Below are positions 25,727-31,732 of a stretch of 64,000 nucleotides of DNA, piece by piece. The number at the start of each line of letters is the position of its first letter. Within the stretch, counting starts at the first letter, position 1. This DNA is from Deltaproteobacteria bacterium (GTDB lineage: Bacteria > Myxococcota > B64-G9): NCBI GenBank assembly GCA_016935365.1, contig JAFGRB010000067.1, forward strand, positions 11,901-75,900, given 5' to 3'. A program made the translations under genes and the position numbers. The notes below the pieces were generated by a model. The model made no database searches. It saw only the letters and a program-made list of their open reading frames with translations, and was not told where the DNA came from.

Positions 25727-25910
25727 ACACGAATACGACGGCGAGTTGATCGTGATCGGCGACGGCCCCGACGCGCTGATCATGGGCGTGGACAACGGAC
25801 CAGACCGGCCGCCCGACACGATCGTGATCGGCAGCGGTGCCACGCTTGAGCAGATCCGCTCGGCGATCGACGTGAGCAGCAGGCCACCGAGCGACCCGGA
25901 CCTGAAGTGA
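25713..25910 (+). CDS. Hypothetical protein (65 aa)
   Basis: ATG 25713 lies 9 nt after GGAGG (ATG 25704 is an alternative). It overlaps the upstream gene by 14 nt. Sequence: 'MTNHEHEYDGELIVIGDGPDALIMGVDNGPDRPPDTIVIGSG'. Confidence 0.5.
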   Translation: MTNHEHEYDGELIVIGDGPDALIMGVDNGPDRPPDTIVIGSGATLEQIRSAIDVSSRPPSDPDLK

Positions 25911-25963
25911 ACACGCGCGCCTGTGCGCGCTTACATGCCGCTTTGCGGCGAGGAGATGAACCA

Positions 25964-26701
25964 ATGGCAACGAATCCCCAGACCCCTAACAGCGAGGGCG
26001 ATCGCATCGCCCAGCAAGTCGCAGCGAGCGGCGGTCTGCACCAGCTCGACACGACGGCCGCCGAGCTCGGGCAGCAGGTCCGCGAGCTCGACGACATGAT
26101 CGCCGACAGGCGCGCGCGCATCGAAGCCACGCTTTCGCTGTGGCAGGCCGAGCGCGAGAAGATCATCGGCCAGCCCGGCTATTCGCGGCTTCGCGAGGAG
26201 GCCCAGGTCGAGGAGCTCGAATCCGCGCACGCCAAGAGCATCAGCACGTGCCGTGACCTGCTCGTCTTGGTCACGAGCACGGAGGCGAGTTTGCGCAAGC
26301 GGATCGATGCCTTCTCGGCTCCGTCGCGGCCCAACTACAAGCCGCTGACGCCCTCCGAAGAGATGCACGTCGAGCGCTTGCTGTACCGCTTCACAACCCG
26401 ACCGGGCGAGGTTGACGGTGCAATCGCGAATCTCACGTCCGACGATCCCGATTGCGCGGTCGTTCTCGTGGCCTGTCGTCGCGCCATCGTGGCTGGTCGG
26501 CACGCGACGGGCGAGACGAAAGCGCGCATCGATCTGCTGCAAGACAAGCTCGACGGCCGAGACGAGAGCCGCGAGCGGGCCCGGCAGGCCGTCGAGCTGA
26601 GGGCGGAGATTGGCGCGGTGACGCGCAAGCTGAATCGCGCCCACGACCTGGTTGACCGGGCCGAGCGCTCGCAGCGACGGATCTACCATGGCGGCGAGTG
26701 A
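25964..26701 (+). CDS. Hypothetical coiled-coil protein (245 aa)
   Basis: ATG 25964 lies 7 nt after AGGAGA (GTG 25907 is an alternative). Long helical, charged segments are present. No motif recognised. Confidence 0.6.
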   Translation: MATNPQTPNSEGDRIAQQVAASGGLHQLDTTAAELGQQVRELDDMIADRRARIEATLSLWQAEREKIIGQPGYSRLREEAQVEELESAHAKSISTCRDLLVLVTSTEASLRKRIDAFSAPSRPNYKPLTPSEEMHVERLLYRFTTRPGEVDGAIANLTSDDPDCAVVLVACRRAIVAGRHATGETKARIDLLQDKLDGRDESRERARQAVELRAEIGAVTRKLNRAHDLVDRAERSQRRIYHGGE

Positions 26702-26811
26702 GGCACTTGCGAGGACGTGGCCCTGGCCGCTGCCGACTCCCCGGCGACGGTCGAGCAGACGAACACGAGCAGGCCGCCTTGTCGCGGCCCCTGAAGATCG
26801 GAGGTGAACCC

Positions 26812-27252
26812 ATGGCCGCAAGACGTGAACCCGATCCGCCGCTGCGCGGGCAGGCGCTCATGGACGAAGTTGACGAGGTGATCCGAGTCGTCGAGGCCGG
26901 CCGTAAGCGCTGGGCCGAGCGAGTCGCATCGATGAAGGCGAACGGTCGCTGCATCGCCCAGGCCGGATCGGTCTCGATCTACTTTTGCACCGGCGGCCGC
27001 CTGTTGCTTTGCGACAATGGCGAGTGCTGCGAGACGAAAGATGGCGCTTCTGCGCGCGATTGGTTCCTGCGGCGCAACAAGGGCGACTTGTCATCAGACG
27101 CCAGCTCGGCGTTGAAGCAAGCGCATGCTTGCGCGTGGGGCAGGCGCAACGACTACTACACCGACCCGCCGCCCGCGCCCAAGGCCGCGCAGCCCGCGCC
27201 GGACCCGAGCCGTCGCAGGCAGGCCGCGCCCGATCCGGCCGAGGGGAGCTGA
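26812..27252 (+). CDS. Hypothetical protein (146 aa) with a Cys cluster
   Basis: ATG 26812 follows GGAGGTG. Cys cluster: 'GRCIAQAGSVSIYFCTGGRLLLCDNGECCETKDG'. Pro/Ala-rich tail. Confidence 0.55.
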   Translation: MAARREPDPPLRGQALMDEVDEVIRVVEAGRKRWAERVASMKANGRCIAQAGSVSIYFCTGGRLLLCDNGECCETKDGASARDWFLRRNKGDLSSDASSALKQAHACAWGRRNDYYTDPPPAPKAAQPAPDPSRRRQAAPDPAEGS

Positions 27253-27253
27253 C

Positions 27254-27565
27254 ATGGCAAAGCAGCGACTCATGAGCCTGGATTCCTACCTGTCGGCACC
27301 GAGGCAACCGGAGATCACCCTGGCCGCTGCGGTTCGGCTCCGATGTCTGGATTGTTGCGCGAATCAGCGCGGCGAGGTTGCCCGATGCACAGCCTACCGT
27401 TGCCCGCTCTGGTCGTATCGCATGGGCCGACGGTTCGAGCCCGTGCCGCCCGGGCTATGGGCGCCAGATCCCGATTCTGAGCCGAAACGGGGCACGGTGA
27501 GCACTCCCACGGAGCGCGGGTGCTCCGAGGCATGCACGGGGTCGGCCGATGCCGTCGCGCGATGA
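27254..27565 (+). CDS. Small Cys-rich (zinc-binding-like) protein (103 aa)
   Basis: ATG 27254 follows GAGGGGAG, 1 nt after the upstream stop. 'RLRCLDCCANQRGEVARCTAYRCPLWSYRMGRR' is a CxxC...C-x4-CPLW-x-YR-x-G pattern seen in small prophage proteins of unknown function. Confidence 0.6.
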   Translation: MAKQRLMSLDSYLSAPRQPEITLAAAVRLRCLDCCANQRGEVARCTAYRCPLWSYRMGRRFEPVPPGLWAPDPDSEPKRGTVSTPTERGCSEACTGSADAVAR

Positions 27566-27788
27566 GGCGCCGCTTCCCGGGTCCGGATCGGCCGCCGTGC
27601 AGCTTGCGGCGCTGGCCCGGCCGCGTCCATGGCCCGAGAGCCGGATCCATGAGGCTGCGTTCGAGGCTGCCCGGGCTGGCCGTGGTGTAGTCGTGGTCCG
27701 GCTCGACGACACCCGACTTGTCGCTGTAGTCGGCGCAACGGCTTTTGTCGATCTGCTCACGGCTGCCGCCCGGGGCGGATCGCAGTAG
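27549..27788 (+). CDS. Possible small protein (79 aa), weakly Phd/YefM-antitoxin-like
   Basis: Co-oriented with the element and overlaps the upstream gene by 17 nt. 'AARAGRGVVVVRLDDTRLVAVVGATAFVDLL' loosely resembles Phd/YefM antitoxins. A competing antisense ORF (27315..27800) has equally good third-position G+C over this stretch, so the coding strand is unresolved. Confidence 0.35.
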   Translation: MPSRDEAPLPGSGSAAVQLAALARPRPWPESRIHEAAFEAARAGRGVVVVRLDDTRLVAVVGATAFVDLLTAAARGGSQ

Positions 27789-27908
27789 GTATGCCAGCAC
27801 CGAACGCGGAAAGCCTTGCTGCTGGCGGCTCTCCGGGCACGGTGGCCTGACAGGGATCTATGCGTGACCAGACTTGACGGCCTGCCCGGGTTGTGGGATC
27901 CTGGGGGC

Positions 27909-27989
27909 GACTAAGGCAGGAGTGTGATGAAAACCAAAACCACAAGATTGCCGGCCGATCTGTCTTCGCGTCGCACTCCTGCCTTAGTC
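27909..27989. promoter_or_regulatory. Perfect 16-bp inverted repeat with a 49-nt spacer in the only large intergenic gap of the element
   Basis: GACTAAGGCAGGAGTG (27909-27924) is the exact reverse complement of CACTCCTGCCTTAGTC (27974-27989). It lies 55 nt upstream of the ATG at 28044. Confidence 0.55.
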
Positions 27990-28043
27990 AGCGGAATGCT
28001 TCTCGAGCGGGTCGGCCGGCTTTCTTGTGCGCGGAGGTTTCCC

Positions 28044-28391
28044 ATGGACAACCCCAAAACCCACACACTACGTCGAGACGGAAAGCGCAGTCTCAGGTTC
28101 GAGGGCGAGCTACTCGCCGAGTGCTCGAGCAAGTCTCACACCGGGCCGAATCAGAATCGATGGACGGAGATCGACATCTACCAGACGAAGGCCGGCAAGC
28201 ACGTCGTGCAGATCGTGCGCCGGACGTGCTGGCAGGGCGAGCACGACACCTACCAGGCCGAGCTGTGCGAGGAGCCCGAGGACGTGTATCGGTTCCTCGT
28301 GGATGCCGAGGACGGGCTGCTCACCGACCTGGCCAAGCAAGCGCTGAAAGAGGCGGGCTTGGATGATCTCACCTTCGAGACTGTGGAGTGA
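28044..28391 (+). CDS. Hypothetical protein (115 aa)
   Basis: ATG 28044 follows GGAGG. The upstream extension to 27924 has visibly poorer third-position G+C and crosses the inverted repeat. Sequence: 'LRFEGELLAECSSKSHTGPNQNRWTEIDIYQTKAGKHVVQIVRRTCWQGEHDTY'. No confident family call. Confidence 0.65.
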   Translation: MDNPKTHTLRRDGKRSLRFEGELLAECSSKSHTGPNQNRWTEIDIYQTKAGKHVVQIVRRTCWQGEHDTYQAELCEEPEDVYRFLVDAEDGLLTDLAKQALKEAGLDDLTFETVE

Positions 28392-28750
28392 CAGCCATGA
28401 TGCTGTCAAAGGGCCGAAGCGCCATGCGCGCTGAGCTCGACAAGGGCCGGCTCCTGCTCGGCGAGAGCTTGAGCCTGACGCCCGAAGTCATCGTGCAAGA
28501 CGGTATCGAGTTGATCGAGGTGCGGGCCGGCGAAGCCCTGGGCCTGCTCGAGAGCGGATTCCTGCCGGCATTCGTGGCGACGGCCACCCGGGCAGACTTC
28601 CTGCGCGGGTTGAGCGATGCCTTGCTTTCCGACCTGGGAGCTCGCCTCGGGGTGGCGAGGCCCTCCGTTGCGGTCACGCCGCCCGATGTTACCGCCGCGC
28701 TGGGCATGCTTGCCGCCCGCGCAGCGCATCTCGAACGAGGTGCGCCATGA
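28388..28750 (+). CDS. Hypothetical protein (120 aa)
   Basis: GTG 28388 overlaps the upstream stop (GTGA); ATG 28397 is an alternative. No motif recognised. Confidence 0.55.
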   Translation: MTAMMLSKGRSAMRAELDKGRLLLGESLSLTPEVIVQDGIELIEVRAGEALGLLESGFLPAFVATATRADFLRGLSDALLSDLGARLGVARPSVAVTPPDVTAALGMLAARAAHLERGAP

Positions 28751-28950
28751 CCGGCCGAATCGTGGCAGCCAGCGACGCGCTCAAAGCTCACAGCACCCTG
28801 GGCGCCGCGGGCTGGCACCTGGCCGACATGCCCGACGGCCCGAAGCCCGCCGGCACCGTGGCCCTGTACGAGCGCGCCGGGAAGCGAGCTTGGTTGATTC
28901 GTAGCAAGGGGAGCTTCGAGCTCCGGGAGGTGCCACATGGTAAAGCGTAG
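28747..28950 (+). CDS. Hypothetical protein (67 aa)
   Basis: ATG overlaps the upstream stop (ATGA). No motif recognised. Confidence 0.5.
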   Translation: MTGRIVAASDALKAHSTLGAAGWHLADMPDGPKPAGTVALYERAGKRAWLIRSKGSFELREVPHGKA

Positions 28951-29206
28951 CAAGCGCCCCCGTCACGGCCGCCTTGCTGCCTTGCGCAACGGCCTGCTGG
29001 CGGCGCGCATCATGACCTCGGGCCCGGTCACGGTCGGGGAGCTCGCCAGGCGTATCAAGATGACTCGCAGATCGACCTGGCGGCTGCTCGGCGCCCTGGC
29101 CGCGGTCGGCTGCCCGATCGAACGCGGGTGGCTGGGCCGTTCCCGAACCCACCGGCTGCGCAAGGGGGCCACCTGTCGGTGGCTCACCGGCGAGAAAGCG
29201 AGGTGA
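28937..29206 (+). CDS. Small winged-helix/HTH DNA-binding protein (89 aa)
   Basis: ATG follows GGGAGG and overlaps the upstream gene by 14 nt. 'VTVGELARRIKMTRRSTWRLLGALAAVGCPIER' is HTH-like. Confidence 0.55.
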   Translation: MVKRSKRPRHGRLAALRNGLLAARIMTSGPVTVGELARRIKMTRRSTWRLLGALAAVGCPIERGWLGRSRTHRLRKGATCRWLTGEKAR

Positions 29207-29210
29207 CACC

Positions 29211-29546
29211 ATGGCGACCCGATACGCGATTGTTGACGACCACGGCCGGGCCTGGGCCGGGCGTCGCTTCATGCCGTCGTGCTTCGCCTGGAGCTTCGCA
29301 CCGCATGAGCTGCCGCGTCGGCTCCGGGACACCGAGCTTGTACGGCCGCACACCGGCGAGGCCGGATACTACCGCCCCGGCGAGAGCGAGCCGGTCTACC
29401 ACGTCCGACCCGTGACCGGTTGGACCCGGCGCCCTACGCGCCCCCTGGGCGCTTCGAGCGGGTCAACGCATACCCCGGCAAGGGCCGAGGCGTCCAAGCC
29501 CCTGGGCGTGCCGTCCGGGCAGCCCTGGGCGCGAGATTGGAGGTGA
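29211..29546 (+). CDS. Hypothetical protein (111 aa)
   Basis: ATG follows GAGG, 4 nt after the upstream stop. No motif recognised. Confidence 0.5.
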   Translation: MATRYAIVDDHGRAWAGRRFMPSCFAWSFAPHELPRRLRDTELVRPHTGEAGYYRPGESEPVYHVRPVTGWTRRPTRPLGASSGSTHTPARAEASKPLGVPSGQPWARDWR

Positions 29547-29549
29547 ACC

Positions 29550-30785
29550 GTGGCTCTTTTCAGACTCGCACGCGCCGACTGCCCGGCCTGCGGGCACGCG
29601 GCACAGGCCCACGTCCCGGAGACCGAGCACCGGCGCAAGTCGTGGTCTCTGACCTGCCCGGGCTGCGGGCATGAGTGGAGCGCGCAGATTGACCCCGCCT
29701 GGCGCATCTCCTACCGGGACCCGGGCGGTCGGCTGCGGCGCAAGCGCATCGGGCCGGACCGCAGGACCGCGACGCGGGTGCTCAGCAAGATCGAGGTCTC
29801 GATCGCTGAGAACAAGTACATCGACCGGGCCAAGCGCTGCAGGACAACCCTGGGCGAGCTCCGGGATGCCTACCTCGAGCACCTGCGGCCGCTCAGGAAG
29901 CCCGGCAATCTCCTACGCGATCGGAGCTGCCTTGACAACGTAGCGAGCAGGCTCGGCCGGGACCTGCCCATCGCCAGCATCACCGAGGCGACCGGGGAAG
30001 ACTACAGGCGTCAGCGGCTGGCCGAGGGCGCGGCGCCCGCGACCTGCAACCGGGAGTTGGGCGTGTTCTCTGGCGCCCTGACCTACGCGGTGAAGCGCGG
30101 GCTCATCCCATCGAAGCCGAAGCTCCCCACCCCGCCACCCAACAACGAGCGCGTGCGCTTCCTGGGCAAGGCGGAGATCCGTACGCTGCTCGAGGCCTGC
30201 GGCGAGGACATCCGGGACATCGTGAAGGCCGCGCTGTCGACCGGCATGCGCAGGGGCGAGCTCCTGGCGATGCGCTGGGATTGGATCAACCTCCGGACCG
30301 GCCAGATCAGCATCCCCGCGGCTGCATCCAAGTCGGGCAAGGGGCGCCCCATCCCCATCAACACCACCATGCGCAGGGTGCTCGAGCGGGCCCGGACCCG
30401 GGCCGTGTCGGGTGCGCCCGTGCTGCACTTCGAGGGCCGATCGTGGTCGGCTCCGTGCCTTCACAAGCGGTGGAGGGCGGCCGTCGACAAGACCGGCATC
30501 GACAACCTGCGGTTCCACGACCTGCGGCACTGCGCGGCGAGCGCGATGGTCCAGGGCGGCGCCACCCTCTACCAGGTCAGCCTTGTTCTCGGTCACTCCA
30601 CCCTGGCCATGAGCCAGAAATACGCCCACCTGGCCCCTTCCCACCTGAAAGACGCGATGGCCCTCGCGTCGGTCGAAGATGTGTCTGTGGAGCCCGGGTG
30701 TGACGCAGATGGCGCACAGACTGCTCACTCTCAGGTCCCTGCCGAAATCATCCCCTTCCAACCCCGCGTTTCTGCTGTGCACTAG
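29550..30785 (+). CDS. Tyrosine recombinase (phage-type integrase) with an N-terminal double-CxxC zinc ribbon
   Basis: GTG follows GGAGGTG. N-terminal 'CPACGH...CPGCGH'. An arm/SAM-like domain 'WRISYRDPGGRLRRKRIG' follows. The catalytic domain has 'ALSTGMRRGELLAMRW' (Arg), 'RFHDLRHCAASAMV' (HxxR) and 'LVLGHSTLAMSQKYAHL' (His...Tyr). Confidence 0.93.
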   Translation: MALFRLARADCPACGHAAQAHVPETEHRRKSWSLTCPGCGHEWSAQIDPAWRISYRDPGGRLRRKRIGPDRRTATRVLSKIEVSIAENKYIDRAKRCRTTLGELRDAYLEHLRPLRKPGNLLRDRSCLDNVASRLGRDLPIASITEATGEDYRRQRLAEGAAPATCNRELGVFSGALTYAVKRGLIPSKPKLPTPPPNNERVRFLGKAEIRTLLEACGEDIRDIVKAALSTGMRRGELLAMRWDWINLRTGQISIPAAASKSGKGRPIPINTTMRRVLERARTRAVSGAPVLHFEGRSWSAPCLHKRWRAAVDKTGIDNLRFHDLRHCAASAMVQGGATLYQVSLVLGHSTLAMSQKYAHLAPSHLKDAMALASVEDVSVEPGCDADGAQTAHSQVPAEIIPFQPRVSAVH

Positions 30786-30789
30786 AAAG

Positions 30790-30810
30790 CGGGAACTGGC
30801 ACGTCATTTG
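30790..30810 (+). repeat. attR core (direct repeat CGGGAACTGGCACGTCATTTG)
   Basis: Exact copy of 19541-19561. It begins 4 nt after the integrase stop codon (TAG 30783-30785). Confidence 0.85.
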
Positions 30811-30868
30811 CTGTATCTAGAGTCGTCCAGGCGGACGAAGCAGGACAGGACAGAAACGGAGCCCCACC

Positions 30869-31003
30869 ATGATCCAGATGACACTGTGCCCCAACTGCCG
30901 CACCATCCAGCGAGCCGGATCCATCTGTCCCCTGTGCAAGTGCCCTGTCCGGGTGCCGAGAAGCACCAAGGCCTGCGAGCCCAGGAGACAGCGGGCAGGT
31001 TGA
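30869..31003 (+). CDS. Possible small zinc-ribbon protein (44 aa), below the ORF-track cutoff
   Basis: ATG 30869 follows GGAG. My own translation: MIQMTLCPNCRTIQRAGSICPLCKCPVRVPRSTKACEPRRQRAG, with two CxxC pairs. Third-position G+C is high. It converges on the FGE gene with a 5-nt gap. Confidence 0.4.
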   Translation: MIQMTLCPNCRTIQRAGSICPLCKCPVRVPRSTKACEPRRQRAG

Positions 31004-31008
31004 GCCCA

Positions 31009-31722
31009 TCAGCTCCGCGATCGCCCACACCTAAAGCCGATGCTCGTGTATCTGCGTGACGGCTGGAGGTATTTCCGAGCCTTCGCGCTCAGGAGGACCG
31101 GGCTGCCTCGGTTCCATGAACCGCCGAGCAGCACGCGTCGGCCCTTCCTGGAAGACGACGTCCACTCCCATACATTGCCGCTCAGGTCGCACAGCCCGCT
31201 CACGCTGTTTCCTGCGGGCAGCGAGCAGACCGGCCAGGTGGATCTCTTTCCGCAGCCGAGCTCCTCGTCGGGCATGACCGCAAACCTGCAGCTCGCCTCG
31301 GCGTCTCCCCAGGGATACCTCCGCCTGCCTCCGTTCGATGCTTCCGCGAACCACTCCTGCTCACTCGGCAGCCTGCCGCCCACCCACTCGCAGAATGCCT
31401 TGGCCTGATACCAGTCCACGCAATTGATCGGATGTTGCTCCCGGTCGGGATGGCCCCAATTGCAGTGGTGGCTCGATCGATTCGACCTCGGCTTCTCGCA
31501 CCTGCCGGCCAGCGCACAGGCGCGATACTGGGCCACGGTCACCTCGCTCCTGGTGAGCTCGATGCCGGACAAACGGCTTCGGATCCAGGTCAATCCCTCC
31601 GGCTCGGGGCTGGCTTGCGCGGACGGCCGCGTTGCGCTCTCCACCTCGTTCGCAGCCGTATCCGACCATGCAAGCGGAGCTGGCAAGCAACACACCATGA
31701 GAAGCGCAGGCCAGCTCCTCAT
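31009..31722 (-). CDS. Formylglycine-generating-enzyme (FGE/SUMF1) family protein, secreted
   Basis: A signal peptide is present. Motifs: 'CVDWYQAKAFCEWVGGRLPSEQEW', 'GNVWEWT', 'LGGSW', 'IGFRC'. Confidence 0.85.
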   Translation of the reverse strand: MRSWPALLMVCCLPAPLAWSDTAANEVESATRPSAQASPEPEGLTWIRSRLSGIELTRSEVTVAQYRACALAGRCEKPRSNRSSHHCNWGHPDREQHPINCVDWYQAKAFCEWVGGRLPSEQEWFAEASNGGRRRYPWGDAEASCRFAVMPDEELGCGKRSTWPVCSLPAGNSVSGLCDLSGNVWEWTSSSRKGRRVLLGGSWNRGSPVLLSAKARKYLQPSRRYTSIGFRCGRSRS

Positions 31723-31732
31723 GAGATCCCTC

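Larger units (their letters stand above)
19541..30810 (+). mobile_element. Integrated 11,270-bp element (PICI-like phage satellite or cryptic integrative replicon)
   Basis: Bounded by identical 21-bp direct repeats, with a tyrosine integrase abutting the right repeat. About 21 co-oriented, tightly coupled ORFs include an XRE repressor, an Xis-like HTH protein, a wHTH initiator with iterons, a primase::DnaB-like helicase and a TerS-like protein. I recognise no capsid, portal, TerL, tail or lysis genes. Confidence 0.85.

Noticed and set aside
27315-27800. A minus-strand 161-aa ORF has an N-terminal roughly 75 residues ('LLRSAPGGSREQIDKSRCADYSDKSGVVEPDHDYTTASPGSLERSLMDP') that look protein-like with high third-position G+C.
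   Set aside because: Its C-terminal two-thirds run antisense through the well-supported Cys-rich gene 27254-27565 and become Arg/Pro junk. It would also be the only minus-strand gene in the element. I kept the co-oriented 27549-27788 ORF at low confidence. The coding strand here is genuinely unresolved without comparative or expression data.
27924-28043. An N-terminal extension of the 28044 gene would start at GTG 27924 or ATG 27927, with AGGAG 5 nt upstream.
   Set aside because: Third-position G+C over these 40 codons is only about 55% by my count, against clearly higher values downstream. The extension also runs through both arms of the 16-bp inverted repeat, and a better-spaced GGAGG precedes ATG 28044. 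Not fully excluded.
30790-30870. There are short resemblances to SRP (4.5S) RNA and to the RNase P RNA 3' region. The minus strand reads 'GGGGCTCCGTT...AAATGACGTGCCAG' and the plus strand reads 'GGACAGGACAGAAACGGAG'.
   Set aside because: These are only patchy 8-12-nt matches. The conserved SRP domain IV loop motifs and the RNase P P4 sequences are not present, and the region overlaps a plausible RBS and small ORF.
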